A DNA stretch of 61,438 nt, from positions 1-61,438 of IMG/VR virus record IMGVR_UViG_3300020595_001672; one strand, given 5' to 3'. The stretch comes from a virus (lineage: Duplodnaviria; Caudoviricetes). Of the stretch, positions 38,572 through 47,400 are shown in pieces (the stretch's first letter is position 1; every line of letters starts with the position of its first letter). Below the pieces are notes generated by a model, which had not been told where the DNA came from, did not search any database, and saw only the letters and a program-made list of their open reading frames with translations. The translations under genes and the position numbers were made by a program.

Positions 38572-38787
38572 TTATCTCTTTATAGGTTTGCCGCCCATGA
38601 TATTGTTTGGCATATCTAGAGCATTTTTAACTGTACCGTCGGGCTTAGTAGCTTGTGGTGCTACTGGCGCTCCGTTTTTTGTCTTCTTAGGCTTAGCACG
38701 AGCTGCTATTGGGTTTGCTAAAGGTACTATTGCGCCTGCGCTTGTGCCACCTACAGTAGCAGTTTCGATTATTTCTTTTATTCTCAT
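38572..38787 (-). CDS. Small putative internal head protein
   Basis: MRIKEIIE leader; GGAG upstream of ATG 38787. Confidence 0.6.
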   Translation of the reverse strand: MRIKEIIETATVGGTSAGAIVPLANPIAARAKPKKTKNGAPVAPQATKPDGTVKNALDMPNNIMGGKPIKR

Positions 38788-38788
38788 T

Positions 38789-39028
38789 TTATTCTCCGAT
38801 CGCTTCGGTGACATAACGAATAGTATCACCAACGGTTATAATACCTTCGGCATTATCGTCGTCTATGCTAATGTCGAACGCTTCTTCAAGTGCTATTACA
38901 AGCTCAACAGTACTTAAACTATCAGCACCTAAGTCGTCTACAAAGCTGGCAGCTTCTGTTAAATTTTCTACGTCTTGATTTAACGCCTCTGCTATTACTT
39001 GTTTAATTTTAGTTATAGTATCGCTCAT
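38789..39028 (-). CDS. acpP: Acyl carrier protein
   Basis: ASFVDDLGADSLSTVELVIALEEAFDISI...TVGD; phosphopantetheine Ser intact. Confidence 0.93.
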   Translation of the reverse strand: MSDTITKIKQVIAEALNQDVENLTEAASFVDDLGADSLSTVELVIALEEAFDISIDDDNAEGIITVGDTIRYVTEAIGE

Positions 39029-40494
39029 TTTTTCTTCCTCCCAGATTTCATATTTAGGCACCACTGATACATTTTACCACGTTCGCCTGAGTATTTTTTT
39101 GCTCTTTTGCGTAGATCAGTTACTGAACCACTACAACTTGCTCCTGAACGCTTTACACGCCCGGGTCTGCTTTTGCCTTTTTTCTTACCGTCGGCAAAAT
39201 TTTCATCAATAGGCTGATACATTTTAGTATTAGGATCCCAACGAAGCCCGTTTTGATCAGGCATAATATCTGTTTCAGCATCACGTATATCGAACTGCTG
39301 ACTAATTTCAGCGTCTCGTTCTTTTTTAATGGCATCTTTCTCTTTTTGTACAGCTCTGTATGCCATTTGTTTTATCTTTTCGTCACTGCGGTTAGAATGC
39401 TTAGAGTTTTTTCTAAGTCTGTTAAACACAGCAGCAACAGCGTCGTCGAATCCCATGCTTTTTACAATTTGCCTAATTATAGAACCAGCTTCGGTAAGTT
39501 TTTTATCACCGCATTTACAAACAGCTTCGCCTGTTACAGGACAAGGACCTTTTGCTTCATTGGTCATAACAGCCTTAGCTACATTTAGTGCTTGTTCCCC
39601 GTCGGGGTGATGCGGATTTACACTAACAGTTTCACCAGCAAACAGTGCGCCAAGGTCAACTGCTTTGCCTAACCCGTCTAATACTTGATGTAAGCGGTCA
39701 TGCTGGTTATAGTTTCCAGACTCGTATCCTTTTTCGCCACGTAATTCTACTCTGTGCTTGTCTTTGTTGTCTACCATGTGTAGTACATAAATATCATTAC
39801 GCTTATCACGCTCTAGTTTTACAAGTACCGACTCTGCTAAACCTAGATTAAACAGTGTATTAGGGTTTGAATTCTTAGCAGCTTTGTTGTTTAGTGGCTT
39901 AGGCTTGCCGTCTTTGTTCATAGGGAACAATTTAGCAGTTTCTTTCTTATCCTGCCCGGGTCTGCTTTTGCCTTTTTTCTTACCATCGGCAACGTTTTCT
40001 TCTAAATCTGGATTATCTTCTAAGTCGTCCCAATGACTACCATCACGTGGCACTGGTTTAGGGTTAGTTAGTTTGAAAAATTCGGTGCTACGATTTGCCG
40101 TAGTACTTTGTTCTAACTTCCAATTTAGTTGGCTAGCAAGTTTTTTAGCAAATCTAGCATACAGTTTTGCTCTACCATCACTAGCATGTTCATCTCTGTT
40201 AGCATCAAAGTCAAAACTTTCTACGTGTTCGATGCCCACTGTGTTGATCCACTCTGTCATCATTGCTACTACAGTAGCAAACACTCTAAACTCATCGCCT
40301 GCATCTGTTTTGCCCATGCTCTTACCAACTGCAAAATCAATAGTAAATTGGTCATAGTTATCATCTTGGAAATCCATTCTTAACACACCGTTTGGCGTTT
40401 CTGCTGTTGCTGCAAAATTATGCGATGGACCTGGACCTTGTAAATTAAACGGATAAGGATTATCTAGTGCTTCTGTAATTTCTCTAAATCTCAT
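39025..40494 (-). CDS. Modular putative internal head polyprotein
   Basis: MRFREITE leader; ADGKKKGKSRPG twice; one domain shared with 40484-41020. Confidence 0.6.
   Translation of the reverse strand: MRFREITEALDNPYPFNLQGPGPSHNFAATAETPNGVLRMDFQDDNYDQFTIDFAVGKSMGKTDAGDEFRVFATVVAMMTEWINTVGIEHVESFDFDANRDEHASDGRAKLYARFAKKLASQLNWKLEQSTTANRSTEFFKLTNPKPVPRDGSHWDDLEDNPDLEENVADGKKKGKSRPGQDKKETAKLFPMNKDGKPKPLNNKAAKNSNPNTLFNLGLAESVLVKLERDKRNDIYVLHMVDNKDKHRVELRGEKGYESGNYNQHDRLHQVLDGLGKAVDLGALFAGETVSVNPHHPDGEQALNVAKAVMTNEAKGPCPVTGEAVCKCGDKKLTEAGSIIRQIVKSMGFDDAVAAVFNRLRKNSKHSNRSDEKIKQMAYRAVQKEKDAIKKERDAEISQQFDIRDAETDIMPDQNGLRWDPNTKMYQPIDENFADGKKKGKSRPGRVKRSGASCSGSVTDLRKRAKKYSGERGKMYQWCLNMKSGRKKK
39159..39992. 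repeat. 39-nt direct repeat (39159-39197 and 39954-39992, one mismatch)
   Basis: gcccgggtctgcttttgccttttttcttacc(g/a)tcggcaa. Confidence 0.9.
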
Positions 40495-41020
40495 CTAAAT
40501 TATGCCCTCCTTCGATAAGAGCCCGTTCGTATGCTGTGTATCTTTTTTGCTCGGTTTGTAATACATCTCTAGCTGTGCGTATTGCTCTAGTGCCTTGTGG
40601 ATGGTTTGGATTGATATGAACTATATCACCATTCATTAAGTCGCTTATGTTTGCTGCTTTTCCTACACGGTCTAAAACTTGATGAAGTTTATCTCTTGAA
40701 TCATAGCCGTCGCTTTCGTAGCCTTTTTTGCCACGTACTTCAATACGTTGCGTGTCTTTGGTATCCATGATATGTAGTACATCTATGTCTTTGTCACGTT
40801 CTAAACGTAGTTTGATGCCTTCTGTAAGTCCTAAGTTGAATAATACGTTTGTGCTTTTGCCTTTTACTTTAGTGCTTAATGTAGGAGGACGTCCATCTTT
40901 GTCTACTTTGTTTCCAAACTTACCTGCTTCGATACTGGTTTGATTCACACCTACGTCTGGCGTTGTGTTAACACCTTTTACAATTCTACCTACGCTTTCG
41001 GCAATATCTCTAATCTTCAT
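40484..41020 (-). CDS. Putative internal head protein
   Basis: MKIRDIAE leader; AGGAG upstream of ATG 41020. Confidence 0.6.
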   Translation of the reverse strand: MKIRDIAESVGRIVKGVNTTPDVGVNQTSIEAGKFGNKVDKDGRPPTLSTKVKGKSTNVLFNLGLTEGIKLRLERDKDIDVLHIMDTKDTQRIEVRGKKGYESDGYDSRDKLHQVLDRVGKAANISDLMNGDIVHINPNHPQGTRAIRTARDVLQTEQKRYTAYERALIEGGHNLDEI

Positions 41021-41223
41021 TTTGGGTACTCCTGGCCTTTCCAATAAGGACGACTAAACCATAGCTTAAACCATTCGTCAGTGCCCGGCTGTATATTATT
41101 CTCACGTTCTATTTGGCGTTTTTCTGTACCTGTCACGCTTATGTTAGAACCTTCATAAGCTGAGTATCCTTTGAATTCGTTTATGCCTGCTAGTCTGCGG
41201 ATATCATCAAGTTCATCGGTCAT
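41017..41223 (-). CDS. Small hypothetical virion protein
   Basis: ELDDIRRLAGINE; coupled ORF. Confidence 0.6.
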   Translation of the reverse strand: MTDELDDIRRLAGINEFKGYSAYEGSNISVTGTEKRQIERENNIQPGTDEWFKLWFSRPYWKGQEYPK

Positions 41224-41788
41224 TTTCTGCCGAGTCCTTAACTGCTCTTAAAAAGCCAACTATGCGTATCATAGCCACAACAATTAAAATGCTCGCTGAT
41301 ACAGTAAAACCAGTGTTTACCGCTTTTTCTACTCTGCTACGCTTTTTTAGTGATTTAGCTTGTCCGTGAAGTTCTAAAAATAGCTGCGCTAGGTCTGCGT
41401 CGGGGTGTTTAGACATAGCTTCTGCTAAGTTAGCAGCTAGTGCCTGTGTAGCACGCTCGTTTGGCTTATTAGCTACTACAGATTTCCTAACTTCGGAAAT
41501 ACTTTTTACTAGTTCTCGAACAGTTTCTCTATCTGGCTTTGCTACCGCATTTATATCAACTGAGTTAGGCACAACACCATCTGATTTAGTAGCCTGCTTT
41601 ATGATTGCATCGGCAAACTTTTCTGGATCGTTAAGTTGAGCAATATTTTTTGCTACTTTTAGTTGTGACTCGTAATAATCATCAAATAGATCTAACTGTT
41701 TAGCAGCACCTTTGGTATTGCCGACAGCTTTAGCAGCCTTTTTCAATAATTTAAGTGGGTTTTCGGAAACTATTTGGTTAACTTTCAT
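41213..41788 (-). CDS. Putative internal protein with C-terminal hydrophobic helix
   Basis: MKVNQIVSE-NPLKLL; GFTVSASILIVVAMIRIVGFL. Confidence 0.55.
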   Translation of the reverse strand: MKVNQIVSENPLKLLKKAAKAVGNTKGAAKQLDLFDDYYESQLKVAKNIAQLNDPEKFADAIIKQATKSDGVVPNSVDINAVAKPDRETVRELVKSISEVRKSVVANKPNERATQALAANLAEAMSKHPDADLAQLFLELHGQAKSLKKRSRVEKAVNTGFTVSASILIVVAMIRIVGFLRAVKDSAENDR

Positions 41789-41790
41789 TA

Positions 41791-43290
41791 CTATGCATTA
41801 ACTCCAAGTAGTTGTCCGAGTTTGCCAAACATTGCTTGCGCTTGTGGCTGCGCTGACTGCGTAACACCGGTCTTAAACGTTTCAAAATCGTTATCTAATA
41901 CAGCTTGACGCATCTTACTAGCACTCATGCCGCTAGCATCGTCTGCGTCTGGATTGCGAGTAAGTCTATGCTGTTTAATACTGTTAAACTTGTAATGATG
42001 TACTTTAGTTTCAACATTGTTGTAGCGTTCGATAATAGGGAACAGCTTGTCTTCGCCTTCTACAAAGATAATATCAGTATAGCCCATCTTGTACAGTCGG
42101 TCAACAGCTAGAAGTGCTGTTTTAGCAAGACCTACAGCAATACCGTTAAAACTTAGTCTGGCCCATTGTAATTTCTCGTCAGGACTGAGCGGATCTGTTG
42201 GTAACTTAGCAGCACGATCACTTAAGAATAAGAAACTGTCGCCTGGCTGCTGTTTAATAGCTTCGACCATTAACTCATGACCGGCGGTAGCAGGGTTTAA
42301 TCTACCAAATGCTAATACTGCTTGTTTACGCTTTTGACCACCTAAGCCAAATACTTCGTTAACACTTTCTGTTGAAACAACGTTAGCACTACCTGTCATA
42401 GCAGGCGCAGCACTTATTCCAGCAAGACTAGCTGCTACTTTGCCAGCGTTTCCGTATTTGCTGTACAGACTCTTTATTAGATTCCATAGTGATGTTACTG
42501 GCTTCTTAGCAGCTAGACCTATAATCTTAGTAACAGGAGCAGCAAGAATAAAAGCAGCTTCCCATATAGAAGTCTCGCCTACTTTCTTGAGAAGGTCCTC
42601 TATAGTAGCATCTGGATCTCGAGCCCATTCAATAAGATCCTTGCCTATAAAACCGCCAGCCATTGCCAATGAACCAATATACTGACGAGCAACACTAGTA
42701 CTCCAACCAGATGCTTGTGCGGCAAAACTTTTAACATGCTCAAAATTGCGCATAGCAATTCTATTTTCTTCAGTTAGCTTTGCTATTTTTTTCTTAAATT
42801 TAACAGTACGTATGCCGTCCATTTTTCGCAGTACTTTTGGCCTAAAGAACGTTGGATATTTTCTAGCATACGCTGTTGCTTTAGCAAGGATAACAGGATT
42901 TCTAACTACGGCTAAAGCGGCTTGGGTAGCAGATTGCTTTAAGCCTTGCTTGATACCGTGCTTTAGAATATTACCACTGACTTTCTTAGCACCTAATCCA
43001 GCAACACCGCCGCCGCCTAGTGTTAAGCCCAAGTTAATTGGATTAAGTATGTCGCCTATTAGTGGTAGTTGACCACCTGGTATTAGGCCTTTTTCGCCGA
43101 TGCCTCCGGGATGACCTTGCTTTGCTAATTCTTGATATTTCTTTGCTTCTTTTTCGCTAAGTCCGAGCATTTGAAAATACTCAATAGTTTCGTCAGCGTT
43201 AAGCATATCCTGATAATGGTACTGACCAATAGCGTGAACCCTGCTCCATTCTATATTGCGATTTTCATTTAGCAGTTCACTTAGATACAT
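41791..43290 (-). CDS. Fusion: Gly/Ala/Lys-rich amphipathic region plus HIGH-family nucleotidyltransferase
   Basis: MYLSELLNE leader; AFGRLNPATAGHE...MSASKMR. Confidence 0.75.
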   Translation of the reverse strand: MYLSELLNENRNIEWSRVHAIGQYHYQDMLNADETIEYFQMLGLSEKEAKKYQELAKQGHPGGIGEKGLIPGGQLPLIGDILNPINLGLTLGGGGVAGLGAKKVSGNILKHGIKQGLKQSATQAALAVVRNPVILAKATAYARKYPTFFRPKVLRKMDGIRTVKFKKKIAKLTEENRIAMRNFEHVKSFAAQASGWSTSVARQYIGSLAMAGGFIGKDLIEWARDPDATIEDLLKKVGETSIWEAAFILAAPVTKIIGLAAKKPVTSLWNLIKSLYSKYGNAGKVAASLAGISAAPAMTGSANVVSTESVNEVFGLGGQKRKQAVLAFGRLNPATAGHELMVEAIKQQPGDSFLFLSDRAAKLPTDPLSPDEKLQWARLSFNGIAVGLAKTALLAVDRLYKMGYTDIIFVEGEDKLFPIIERYNNVETKVHHYKFNSIKQHRLTRNPDADDASGMSASKMRQAVLDNDFETFKTGVTQSAQPQAQAMFGKLGQLLGVNA

Positions 43291-43586
43291 TTGTATTCAC
43301 CTTTTTGAATTCTCGGAAGTTCTTCGCTTGACAGAATGTTAAGTATTTCTTTAATAATCTCTTTAGCAAACACCTCTTGAGGCATATCATATTTCTTACA
43401 GTACGATCCTACACCTTTTTTAATCATAGGCATAAAGTGCTTTGGCTTTACTGTCTTTTTTAGATCTACAATATCACTAGCTCTACTCATAGTAGGGTAG
43501 TAGTGCTTTGTATAAAAGTCTTTGTCGTTTCGCATGTACGTAAGAAAGTCATTAGGTACATCAAAGTTAGGAGTCATGTCTGTCAT
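43281..43586 (-). CDS. Hypothetical protein
   Basis: ATG 43586 overlaps the upstream stop. Confidence 0.65.
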   Translation of the reverse strand: MTDMTPNFDVPNDFLTYMRNDKDFYTKHYYPTMSRASDIVDLKKTVKPKHFMPMIKKGVGSYCKKYDMPQEVFAKEIIKEILNILSSEELPRIQKGEYKCI

Positions 43587-44344
43587 TACCATGCTCTACA
43601 ACTCCAATATCTTGCTTTTGTTTTCGGTCCTGGATTATCACAGTTGTGTCTAGCACGGAAACTCTTACGTGCTTTAGGATTGCTTTTACGGATGCGCATA
43701 GTAGGACGTTTAGCACTTGTGCCGCCGTGGCCGAAGTTTACTTTCTTTACATTACCGGTCTTTGGATCCTTAACGTACACTTTAAACTTTTTAACATCAC
43801 CACGGGTGGGTTTGTTTAGTTTAACTTTACGTCCTCGGTACTCGGCTTCGAATAAATCATTTTCGTCAATACTGTAAGCAAGATCACCAAACATTTCGTG
43901 GAAGTCTTCGTGATCTTCTAGTGTAACTTCTTCACTAAGTTCAATTTCTTTAAAACGTCTATGTTCGTTAATTGCTTTAGTAGCTTCATCAGAATAAGCA
44001 AAAGCACCGCTGTAGTGCGAGCCTGCTCTACCTTCAACAATCGGCTTTACAGTGCGATTCCAGTGTTCTGTAATACGACGCTGTGCCATTTTGCGTTGTT
44101 CATTCATAATGTCTTCCTCGCTCATCGAGATTTCTATGTCAAAGTCTGTAATACCATTTTCTAGTAAGTAGCTTGACAGTGTATCAGCATAGTCGTCTGC
44201 TTCTGCTTCTGTAAGTGATCCGTCGCCTTCCCAGTGGTATACACTAACATCAGGGTCGTCTGATTCTAATAGAGTAGTGTAGGGAATACCTGATTCAGAA
44301 AGTTGATGCTGTTTATTGACAAATAATCGTATGAATTGTGCCAT
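43586..44344 (-). CDS. Putative head protein with basic C-terminal module
   Basis: Acidic N-terminal part; EAEYRGRKVKL...VNFG...FRARHNC...ARYWSC; late promoter 44364-44371. Confidence 0.65.
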   Translation of the reverse strand: MAQFIRLFVNKQHQLSESGIPYTTLLESDDPDVSVYHWEGDGSLTEAEADDYADTLSSYLLENGITDFDIEISMSEEDIMNEQRKMAQRRITEHWNRTVKPIVEGRAGSHYSGAFAYSDEATKAINEHRRFKEIELSEEVTLEDHEDFHEMFGDLAYSIDENDLFEAEYRGRKVKLNKPTRGDVKKFKVYVKDPKTGNVKKVNFGHGGTSAKRPTMRIRKSNPKARKSFRARHNCDNPGPKTKARYWSCRAW

Positions 44345-44383
44345 GATAAATCCTTATTTGTAGTATTTATCATAAAGAGAAGG

Positions 44384-44409
44384 ATAGGGGAGCTATTACA
44401 CTCCCCTAT
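44384..44409. terminator. Intrinsic terminator-like hairpin
   Basis: ataggggag-ctattaca-ctcccctat, 9-bp stem just after the 44415 stop. Confidence 0.7.
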
Positions 44410-44414
44410 TGTTT

Positions 44415-47400
44415 TTAGGTTAAGCCGCTAATGTTTACTGTTTCGATATCATTAGATACCATCGAAACCATATTCATCGAAGTTTGACCAACAGTATTTG
44501 GGCTAACGTTGTTGCGAATTTGAGCATAAGCGTCGTTTGCCCCGTCGCCCATCAACCAAATTTGGGCACTGCCGTAATGTAAATTATTACTGAAGTTGTA
44601 AGCGTCTGTGCCCAAACTACTAGGACGGTAAGTATTGTTATCCCTATAGTCAATCTGCCACTGTTGAGGATCACGAACCATCTTACTAACCTCACCATAA
44701 TCGGGCATATCTATGCTTCTACGCAGGGTAGTCACCACCATTGAAGCTATCTTACCGTGGAAGTTGCGGTTAGCACCACGACCGCCAACAGTGAAGTCAC
44801 CAACAACACTACGATCCATTCGACCGCCATTTGTTGACCAGTTAGTTGATGTGCTGAGATCGGGACCGGGAAGGGCGGTACTCAAGTTCACACTATAGAT
44901 CTCAAAACAGTCAGCGAGGTTAGCAGCACTAGCGTCACTTCCGCTCAGACGCTCGCCCGTATGACCAACGTAAAAGCCATACCAGTTACCAGAACCACTA
45001 GCTAGTCTACCGAGTGAACATTCATTTAACGCACCTGTACGACCCCAACCGAAGTAAAGGTAACGGCTAGCATCTACACGCAGGTAGATGTTATCGTCAG
45101 TCGTGCCAGTGCCTTCACCTTGATTCCATATATGCTGGTTCGAGGCGTTGTTATCGGAGCTGAACACAACAGCCGTTGCCCAAGGACGTGCGTTAGAGTG
45201 ATTAGATGTCCTACCAGCCGTAGTATTACCAGTAGCAGTAGCACCTAGGTCTGACATGCGGATTGGGTTGAAATGGTTCTGGTTGGCAACTTGAAGACCT
45301 CGTTCAGATGAACCGCTAAAGTCCAAGGCCTTTGTCCACGGGGTGCTCACAGTTGTTGATAGCGTCGGCATAGAAACTTCAGATAGTCCTGTCCAATCTA
45401 CATTTGCGCCATCGAAGTCCTCACTGTTATTAAAAATGTCTGTAACTAAGAACATAACATCAAGCGAGGTAATACCAAATCCTTGGTCACCTGTTTCACC
45501 TTTGTAACCACTCCAATCTGAATAATTAACAGTTGATTCATCTCCTTGAGAAAGACCAATGTTGCCATTTCTACCAAATCCAAATCTAATGTTATTACCA
45601 TCTGCAGTAATTTCAATAAAAGCACAAGTTGTATCCTGTAATGCTGGTGTGTTTACAAGCATTGTGTTATAATTTGTTCCTGGTTTAAATAACTGAAAAG
45701 TCTTACTCTGAGTACTTCCAGATATTCTAAGTTGCAAATCACCTTTAAATACTTCTCCAGAAACTACAGTATTAGATTTAGTTGATTGGTCACCATTGTC
45801 CCAATTGGCTCCTTTAAGTCCAATGCGAATCTCATACGCAGTTGGCATCTCATCAAAAAGGTCTGTAAAGAACGCATTGTCCATTACAAAGCGTTCACCA
45901 GCTCCAAGCGTTTCGTCAATTGACATCCAACCATAGTCACCATTGTCTACAATGTTAGTACCAGTTTGGTTAGCGGCTGGGCCTTCGTTTGTAATACCAG
46001 TCACAGATTCAACATAAGTGGAACCAGAGATAGCAACAGCACGACCAGCATCTGCTGTAGTGTCATTGACGTAGTACAACGTTAACGGCGGAGCATCAGC
46101 AGGCACCGCAAATGTAATACCTTTATAACCTTCTTCGGCATTTGGATCACCGGCGGAAGTGTTATCAAACGCAGTAACACCAGTTGTATAAACAGTTGTG
46201 TTGTCAGAAGCAAGTCGGAACTCAATTTCATCATTCGCTTCCATTGATGGATGGTAAATGAATCGATATGTGTTACCTGCGTTCAGGGATGTAACACCAG
46301 CAGATTCAAAACCGTAACCAGAAGGAACATGACCGCCAGCGCTCGCAGCATCAAATGCGGCAGCGTCAGGTTGTACCTTGAAATGACCATTGCCAGCAGA
46401 GCCTTCAGCTACTAATATATCACGAATACCAAATGGTGTACGTATTCCCTGTAGTCCACTTGTAGACAAGTTAACTTGTCCTTGGTCGTCTACAGCAAAG
46501 AACAATGGCAAACTTCCGTAAGCAGAGTCGCTTGGTACATAGTTGTGGTATGTCATAACTCGCGAAAATGCGCCACCGTTGTTAATTGCTGGCTGTGTGT
46601 TAATATCACCAATGTTACAAGCAATAACGTGTAGATCGTCGCCGTCCCATTCTAGAGCATAGTCAAAGAAAGCGTTGGTCATAGAGTTAATATTTGTAGT
46701 ATCGTCAGTAACACTTGAATCACTACTTGCTACTTCAAGTCTAGAGGTATGCGCCGGGTTAGCAGTGCCTTCGAATCCGATCACAGCATCAAAGTCGCTG
46801 AGTGCTACGTCGGTCCAGTTAACACCACTTGCCGGTACGCCAAAGTACACATCAGCGCCGGTAGTGCCAATGTACGGTAAAATATTAGTTTGTACCCATG
46901 TCTTTGGAAGTATGAATCTCTTGTTTACATCAAGGGTAGTGTTCAATTCAACCGCAGCATCGTGTGTTGTTGAATCGCCAGCATCGACATTACCGAGTAA
47001 GGTTGATGTAGCCATAGCACCTTCGGCAATAGGAGTCTTAAATCCACTTGGCGAAGTTGTGCTTCCTGCGTTTTGATTAGCAATAGTAAAGTTAGTCGGA
47101 ATATACACATTGTTTTGCGTTTGATCTTCAAACGCAGCAATAGTCAGTGTCTGTGCGCCTGAGTATGTACTAGCAGATGTTTTTAAAAGTGCGCCGCCGC
47201 GGTACAAGCGGAAATAACCATCAGTGTCATACTTTAGTGTAAATGTTTGGTTTATATTGTCATCGGAAATGCCAAATACTACGCCGTTATCGCTCCAACC
47301 AACTAAGTGATCTTTTTCATTATCATTACTGCTAGTGCTTCCGCCTACAATACTGCCAAACGTAACAAATCGTAAATCCCACATTGTGGTCCACTTAAAG

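Noticed and set aside
37200-39992. CRISPR array or insertion-sequence ends among the short repeats
   Set aside because: Only two copies each, in frame within coding sequence; no regular spacers and no transposase.
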